Source: the human T2T-CHM13v2.0 reference genome, Homo sapiens
Reading direction: 5' to 3' (one strand)
DNA: 64,000 bases
NCBI RefSeq assembly: GCF_009914755.1
Contig: NC_060936.1
Position 1 is the stretch's first letter; the number at the start of each line of letters is the position of its first letter. The translations under genes were made by a program, and so were the position numbers. Shown here piece by piece: positions 55,698 through 64,000 of this stretch. The notes under the pieces are model-generated. The model made no database searches. It saw only the letters and a list, made by a program, of their open reading frames with translations, and had not been told where the DNA came from.

Positions 55698-57125
55698 TGA
55701 ATCCAAGCATGTCTTTGGGTCTCTGCTGGCTTAAGCCACTGTGTGTGGGGATGTATAAACTTCTACCTGTGGCCTAAGTTTTGGGGTCTTACAGTTCACT
55801 GTTCCCGGGAGCTACAAGACCTGGGCATCAAAACACAGAATAAATATGATGAAGGAAGAGAATTCAAAACCACTTTGGGAGGAAACCCCTGGTAGAAGGC
55901 TAGGCTAGCACTGTTGCTTGTGACATTGACAGTCCAAGAATCAGAGAAGGATCCAGGCCTCCAAGAGCTTCTTTGGCAAATGGGGTCCCTTACTGCTAGT
56001 ACAGACCAGAAAGTACATGGCTTTATTTTATTTCTACTACTCAGTGGCTTATTTTAAAGCACAACGGGAAAAAAAAAAAAAAAAAAAAAAAGGAAAAGAG
56101 AAAAAAAGAAATCCAATTCTCAATGCCTAAGCCAGAGCGGAGTAACCACCAACAAAACAGCTGTTAACATGGCTGACGCATGTTCCTGTTAACTGCTTTA
56201 GTCAAGTTAAAGGCCTGGCAAGGGAGAGATTCTGGCTGGCTTAGCAAGGAGAGAGATTTCTGAGGTAGCCACCACAGATGGTAGCAGATGTCACGCAGCC
56301 TCAGAGCAGAAGCCACCAGAGACTTCACTGTCTTGGAGCTGAGCAAAAAAGCTGAGAAACACTCAGCCACGTCAACTGCCAATTACACACCTCAAGAATC
56401 TCAGGAAGCCAGGGAGTGTGTAAAAGTTTCTATAATTAATTGCTTTCCATTCTCTTTATCCACAAATCTGTCAGCTCATGGCTCTTCAAAAATCAAGGAT
56501 GCTAGCTTCAGGTATCTCTGCCCTCACCTTGTATGGCCAGCAGCATGAAGATGGAAATGCACAATTTGTAACCACATTATTGATTGCTATAGTCCTAGGA
56601 TTAAAAGTGATCCCTGACTGACAAGAAGCCAGTTGTTCAATTCCTTCTATTATAGTGTAGGGTAGCGGTCACCCGTAAAGGCTAGAGTCACACAAGCTTG
56701 GGGATCCCCCAGTACCTGCTGCCTGATGCTGCTCATTATTTTCCCTCTCTGAACCTCAGTTTCTTCATCTACGAAGCAGAAATAATAGTGCCTGTCTTGT
56801 TGGGTGTTGGAATGATTATATTTGATAGTGCAAGTAAAGCACCTGGCACAGTACATTGTACACAGTAAATGTCAAAGAATGCCAGGTATCATCCCAAATC
56901 TATGAATGCCCAGAAAGGTGCTGTTTGGTATTGCCATGTTCCTTACATGACCCACAAATTTCTACATCTCATAATCATACCTATTTAGAAAATAACTCTG
57001 TATGTGGGGCTGCAGATATTCATAGATTTAATTGCAAATTTTAAAAGGCTATTATTGTTATTAAGACTTTAAGTTACTTTGTCAAATGGTGACTATGGAC
57101 CTCCTCAAATGTACAAGATAACTTC

Positions 57126-57651
<526 letters not shown>

Positions 57652-58089
57652 CTATGCTTAATGAAGCTTGAAACCAACTAACATAACTTTTCCCCATTTC
57701 TTTTTTTTTTTTTTTTTTTTTTTTTCAGGGAAACACAGAATTGGTAAGGTGTTTTCCCTAATGCAACATTTAGGAATATGCTGGGCTGGACACATATTTC
57801 ATTCAATCACTTCCATTGTCTGTATTCATCCTCAGACATCAAATGACAAAAGTGTGCAAAATAAGTTGTTCCCCATAAGATTTCCAAATATTCAGCTATG
57901 CTCCATTTTCCAGGGCACAGAATGGGCTACTGTAGTTAAGAATTTTTCTATCATCTGAGAGTTCTAGTTAGTCTGTCTGTACAGGGTGAGTGACCAAAGT
58001 AGAAAACTGGTCAGGACATGAAGTGAAGAGGGCTAAAAAGGCAAGATGAGAAAAACAGAGTCGTGAATTCTTCACCAGCCAAGACCTCA

Positions 58090-59121
<1,032 letters not shown>

Positions 59122-59504
59122 AGGAATAGCGTTGGTATCTGTACTACTGGACTGGTTCATAGGAGTTCACACACTGTGAAATCAAGTGCATTGTAGACAC
59201 CAAAGCCCCAGACAAACTGGAGACAGTGCACTAAACCGACTGCTGGAGTCAGGCGTCTGCTCCCTCCTGTGCTGCTGCCCTGTGCCCCCCCCGGATTGGC
59301 ATTGCCCTTGGTGTCTCATTCCAGCTTATGAAGGCTGTGCTTTGTCCTCGCCATCACTTCCCCTTTTTCAACACAAGGACATGTTTGCTAGCATCTTAGC
59401 ATGACTGTGAATAAACTACTCTTCCTTCTGCCGGGGCTCAAGCAATGGGCCACACATCACCAACTTCCTACGATATATAGAAGACTTGAGATTCATTTAA
59501 AAAT

Positions 59505-59850
59505 TGACTACAGCGGGAGAGGAGGATGAATAGATGGAGCACAGGGGATTTTTAGGGAAGGGCAACTATTCTGTGTGATACTGTAATGGGGGATACATGT
59601 AGTCATACATTTGTCCAAACCCACAGAATGACAACACCATGAACCCTAAACTATGAACTTTGGATAATGATGTGTGTCAATGCAGGTTTATCAACTGTAA
59701 CAAGTGCACCATTCTGGTGGGAAATATCGCTAATGTGGAGGGGAAGCTATGCCTGTCTAGGGGCAGGGGTTATAAGGGAAATCTCTGTACCTTCTGCTCA
59801 ATTTTGCTGTGAACCTGAAAGTGCCCTAAAAAATAAAATCTATTAAAAAA
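59505..59850 (+). mobile_element. L1MC-like 3' end
   Basis: CATTTGTCCAAACCCACAGAATG, CTGTACCTTCTGCTCAATTTTGCTGTGAACCT...AATAAA. Confidence 0.8.
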
Positions 59851-59856
59851 ATTGGT

Positions 59857-59956
59857 CACACACACACATTTGCTACTGAGATGGGCTCCAACAAATGTGA
59901 AAATTTAAGAAATCTACCTCTTTATTTAACACCAAAGCTAACATCAAGTGTTTATT
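59857..59956 (-). terminator. Polyadenylation site: two AATAAA hexamers plus GU-rich downstream element
   Basis: TTTATT on + at 59921 and 59951; (CA)6 on + at 59857-59868, about 55 nt past the distal hexamer. Confidence 0.7.
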
Positions 59957-62900
59957 TAAAAAAATAATGGCACCTGCTTTGGATTCATTGATGACACCAC
60001 AATGGGGTGAAGATCTACAGGGAATTTACAATTTTAGGCTGACATGAAACTAAGTAGTAACTCACAAAATGGAAATTCTGCAACAAGCCTCACAATAAAC
60101 ATTTCCAGTTTCTACTTTCAGAGTTGCTAACTACTGCCTAAACATATCTTAAACACAGAGCACGTTTTGTTGAAATATTTCTCTTAGGACAAACACAGTA
60201 GACATGCTTTAAATAAATTAAAATTGCAACACATAAATCATTCCTAAAACAATCAAGGTGCATTACTTTCTAGCTTCTTATAAATTAAACTGTACTGATT
60301 TCAGGAAACTATAGGTTAGTTCTGTTTCATATCTTTTTTTTTTAGCATCTTATCTAGTTTTGATGTGAATAAGCCAATTTCATTCTTTGCAGTGATTTAT
60401 CTTTTTAAACCAACTCGTTCCTTTGTGCATGTGCTAACCTTAAAACACCTCTTCATATAAGCCCTGAATTTTAAGTGGTGCCATTTCTTCCTACCCCCAG
60501 CCCACTCCTCAGAATTACAGAAATATGTAAAATAGGTTGTTTAATCACACATGTTCATATGAATAAATATATTTAAATGTTTTTCCAAACCAATACAACT
60601 ATATCTGGATTCACTGCAAAAACATTCCCATTCAATGCAAAATAATTTGGTACAATCCGACCAAAAAAGACAAAAGTAATTAGTTGCCTGAGGGAAGCTA
60701 GTTCCTCATTATTACTGAGCCCATAATTAAACCTGATATGCTAGAGAAATGGCAAGGCAATAAACACAGAGTGGGGCAATATTTAAATGAAAACAAGAGT
60801 GACAGAGCTGGAAAGAGCGAAAACCACATGAATGCTAATTGACAGAGAAGGATAACAGCCTCACCGGCTGAAATGAAAGACGGAGTTTCGGAAGATTTCC
60901 TTCTGTGAATAGCTGACAAGGATCACGCAGGCAAAAATGCTACCGTTCCAAGCTACAAACTTGGGACTAATCCCATGTTCATTGTCCAAACCCAGCAACG
61001 GAGTACTTTTTTGCTGTTTCATTATGGATTTCCATTTTTTTTTTTTTTTTTTGGCAGTTGGGGGTGGGGTGTTCTGGTTTAATCATATTCAGAGTTTGAG
61101 CTTGAAATAACCAACTCAAGACCCACAGGAGACTATGTCACCAGATAAACCCAGTGCTAGAATCCAATGTCCAGCATCTTCAACCACTCAGGAGTGTTTG
61201 CTGAGAGACCAGGTGGTGCTTACCCACCCAACAAGCACTTTCCATCTTTGGGTTTGCCCAAGATGTTTACCATAAATGAAAGGGGTGGGGAAAGGATTAT
61301 AGTTGACACAAACATAAATTAAATATCCAATTCCAGCATATGTTACAGCTACATCACTATTTTTAATTGTAATATTTCTAAAATGTCATTTAATCTCCTT
61401 ACACATTGAAGAGAACAAACAGTGGGAGTGTTTATTCCTTAAGAGAGAATAAACTGCAGAGATTAAAAGTTTCCTTCGAGTGTATCATCTTATTAAAAAG
61501 TACAAAGTTTCATGAACTTTCAACAAGACTGCAAAATAAATATGCCAGGTAGGTTGAGCCTATCCAAGTGAAAACAAGGTTATTTGACATTTAGTGAGAG
61601 TCAATGAAAATATGAATTATTTCAAAGGAATTCATGATCCAGGTAGGAGGATTTAGATCCTACGGTATGTTAGAATAAAGCTAGTTTCTAGCAGATTCTG
61701 TTAACAGCTCCAGACTAGAGGGGACGGAGTGTGCTGCTTTCCATTCTCTTCTCTACTTCTGTCACTGGGGAGAAGATACACGGATCACAGGTCTGAGAAG
61801 TGTGCATTAAAGCACATTTGCTAGGCTGAGCACTGGAATGGTGTGGGCTGGTGTGAAAATGAAGCCTACGTCTTCTTGGACCCTCCCAGAGCCCTTCACC
61901 TCAAGGGTTAGACATCTCTCCTTCTCTAAACTAACAGCAGCACTCAATCCCTGGTGTGTCCGAAGTGGTGCTTGGAAAGATTCACAGATACCAAGAGGGG
62001 CCCACCCAGGCCCCAGCTTGATTTAGGAGTGTAAGTTACACTCAGCACTCAGCCCACGCTGAGTCTGATGCCCACAGGTAAAGGGTAATGCTGGCCATCG
62101 AAATACAAAAGCTAAAGGAAGCACAACATTCTCTCTGCCTCCCTGCCTTGCACCTGGCCTCCTTATCTGTCTCCCAGACTTGAAAGATCAGTGTATACAC
62201 ATCAACGCGGTAGACCAGGGGGAGTCTGACAATGAAAGGAGAGACAGCCATGAGATCAGGGTGGGACTGGTAAGGGAGCTCTTCTCTGAATCCAAAATAC
62301 TTTATCACCAAAGATTTCATGAAATGACATTTATTGTTTAAAAAAGCGTGAGTCTGGAATTAGATAGTGGTGATGGTTGAACAAGTTTGTGAATTTACTA
62401 AAACCACTCAATTGTACGCTTAAAAAAAAAAGCAAGCTTGAGCTGCCTAAGTCCCGCTCACACACACTGGACTTGTACTAAATGCTCAACGATTCCATTC
62501 TCTCAGACTATGGAACATTCTGTCACATTTTTTTCCTTCAGGAGATTTCCCTAAGAAGAGCTGTTTGCAAAATATTGCACTTAATTTGAATCCAGGGGGA
62601 CCTGATGTCTCCTGGAAGAAAACGTACACTCACATGCCTTCCTGCCTGCAGCAGATGGCGGGAGTGGTGGGACAAGGGGCTCAACAGCAGTTTCCATGAA
62701 CATTGTTTCCATCTTCCTCTTTGTTATACACACAGAGACACAGATTTAAAGGAAAGTATCATCTGGGCTGAAGGCGGTGAATGGTATCCCCCAAACAGGG
62801 ATGTGAACTTTTGAATGTTTTCAGCTCAGAGGCAGTATGGTCGTCCTAATACCTCAGGACTTATGTTCAGTGAGATGTTAAGAGACAGGTGGCAACCTTG

Positions 62901-64000
62901 GCTCAAACACTGGACTTAATTTATTTTATTCTTGCTAGTCTTTCACTTCTCAAAGACGATGCTCTCAATCTTCATCCAGGTGAACTGCTCCCACTAATCT
63001 AGCCACCATTCAGTCACACCCTACGTCCTCGTTTCCTCATGCTTTCAGCGTTCCGACACCTCAGTGCACTTGAACTTTAGAGGCTATGGTTCGGTTGTCC
63101 TTCAAGGAAAAAACTGCAACATGACCATCATTTGTTTTCATTTCCTGAGTAAGCTTCGCAGTCCCTCACAGACCTGTGAATAAGATGAATCACATAAAGT
63201 GAATCATATCCTCCAGGGGGGCTTATCACAATCAAGATTTGCCAAAAAACAGCCAGGCATGGTGGCTTGTGCCTGCAGTCCCGGCTGCTTGGGAGGCTGA
63301 GGTGGGAGGATCCCTTGAAGCAAGGAGTTTGCAACCAGCCTGAGCAATATTTAGCAGAGCCCTGCCTCAAAAAAGAAAAAAGATTTGCCAAAACACAAAC
63401 CTTCAGAGTAGTGCTCACAGGATTCCAAATTAATGTTAAAGTCACAGTCTGATGAGGGATTTGAAAACATTCCTGCACACTCTGAAGGCTGGGCATTTGC
63501 TAGCCAGTTGAGACAAAATCAGGTGTTGGTTGCCTGGGTATGAGAAGGTGAAAGCCCCATTCATAAATCCCTATGCCTTCCCATTTAAAGTGTAACAAAA
63601 CCCCTCAGGTAGACTTGTTGGATAACAGGTGTGTGATAAGATTTCCACGTTACAGGGTCATACACGACTGACTGCTGTGGACACTGAGTACATGACGGGA
63701 CCTATGGTCCCCTGGAGAGAAGCAGGGTGGATCACACGGGGACCATAGGCCACAGTGTTTAACACTGCCCAAGCCTGTGATTCTTCATTCCCTGAATCAT
63801 GCATATCCTTGCTTTTTATAGGACTCACAGAAAACAACCATTAGCAATTGTGAAGCTCAATTCTGACAGAGACTTAGGAGAGAGACCTCTTTCTTCAGGA
63901 TCACCAATTATGCCAAGGTCTCAATATACAGAGGTTTACCACGCTGGGCTGGTCAGGTGGGCAGGAAATCGGTCTGATTAAGGCAGTGAGCAAGGTAGGA
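59892..64000 (-). other. TMCC3: Long 3'UTR (terminal exon) of a minus-strand gene, probably TMCC3; its CDS lies beyond the window
   Basis: Abrupt fall in repeat density over ~4 kb. Tandem minus-strand AATAAA at 59921-59926 and 59951-59956, and a GU-rich (TG)6 downstream element at 59857-59868. Gene identity is inferred from recalled synteny with SUCLG2P2/MIR5700; the 3' end position is approximate. Confidence 0.7.
63251..63381 (+). mobile_element. FLAM-like Alu monomer inside the putative 3'UTR (antisense to the mRNA)
   Basis: Single arm; TSD AAGATTTGCCAAAA. Confidence 0.85.

Noticed and set aside
56069-56111. Orphan A23 tract as a possible retrocopy tail
   Set aside because: No recognisable upstream retroposed body or TSD

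Overview
This is primate, almost certainly human, genomic DNA that is largely intergenic and repeat-dense (about 35 Alu/FLAM copies, MaLR/ERV LTRs, old L1, L2, MIR and DNA transposons). It holds three L1-mediated retrocopies with readable target-site duplications (TSDs): a 7SL RNA pseudogene (8284-8568, +), a full-length frameshifted NSA2 processed pseudogene (13735-14778, -) and a full-length SUCLG2 retrocopy (40988-43332, +). The SUCLG2 copy has an uninterrupted 427-codon frame; its parental ATG is lost and a new in-frame ATG has arisen. A 23-bp perfect hairpin at 54559-54629 matches my recollection of MIR5700. The repeat-poor final ~4.1 kb reads as a long minus-strand 3'UTR with tandem AATAAA signals. 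From recall (not verified here), this combination fits human 12q22 between CEP83 and TMCC3, so the UTR is probably TMCC3's. I see no convincing new multi-gene system. The best leads are the open SUCLG2 retro-ORF, the reconstructable L2/Alu origin of the MIR5700 hairpin, a well-formed 15-nt microexon-like cassette, two dense TF-motif clusters and several templated-insertion repair scars. Repeat family names come from by-eye recall of consensus sequences and their boundaries are approximate.
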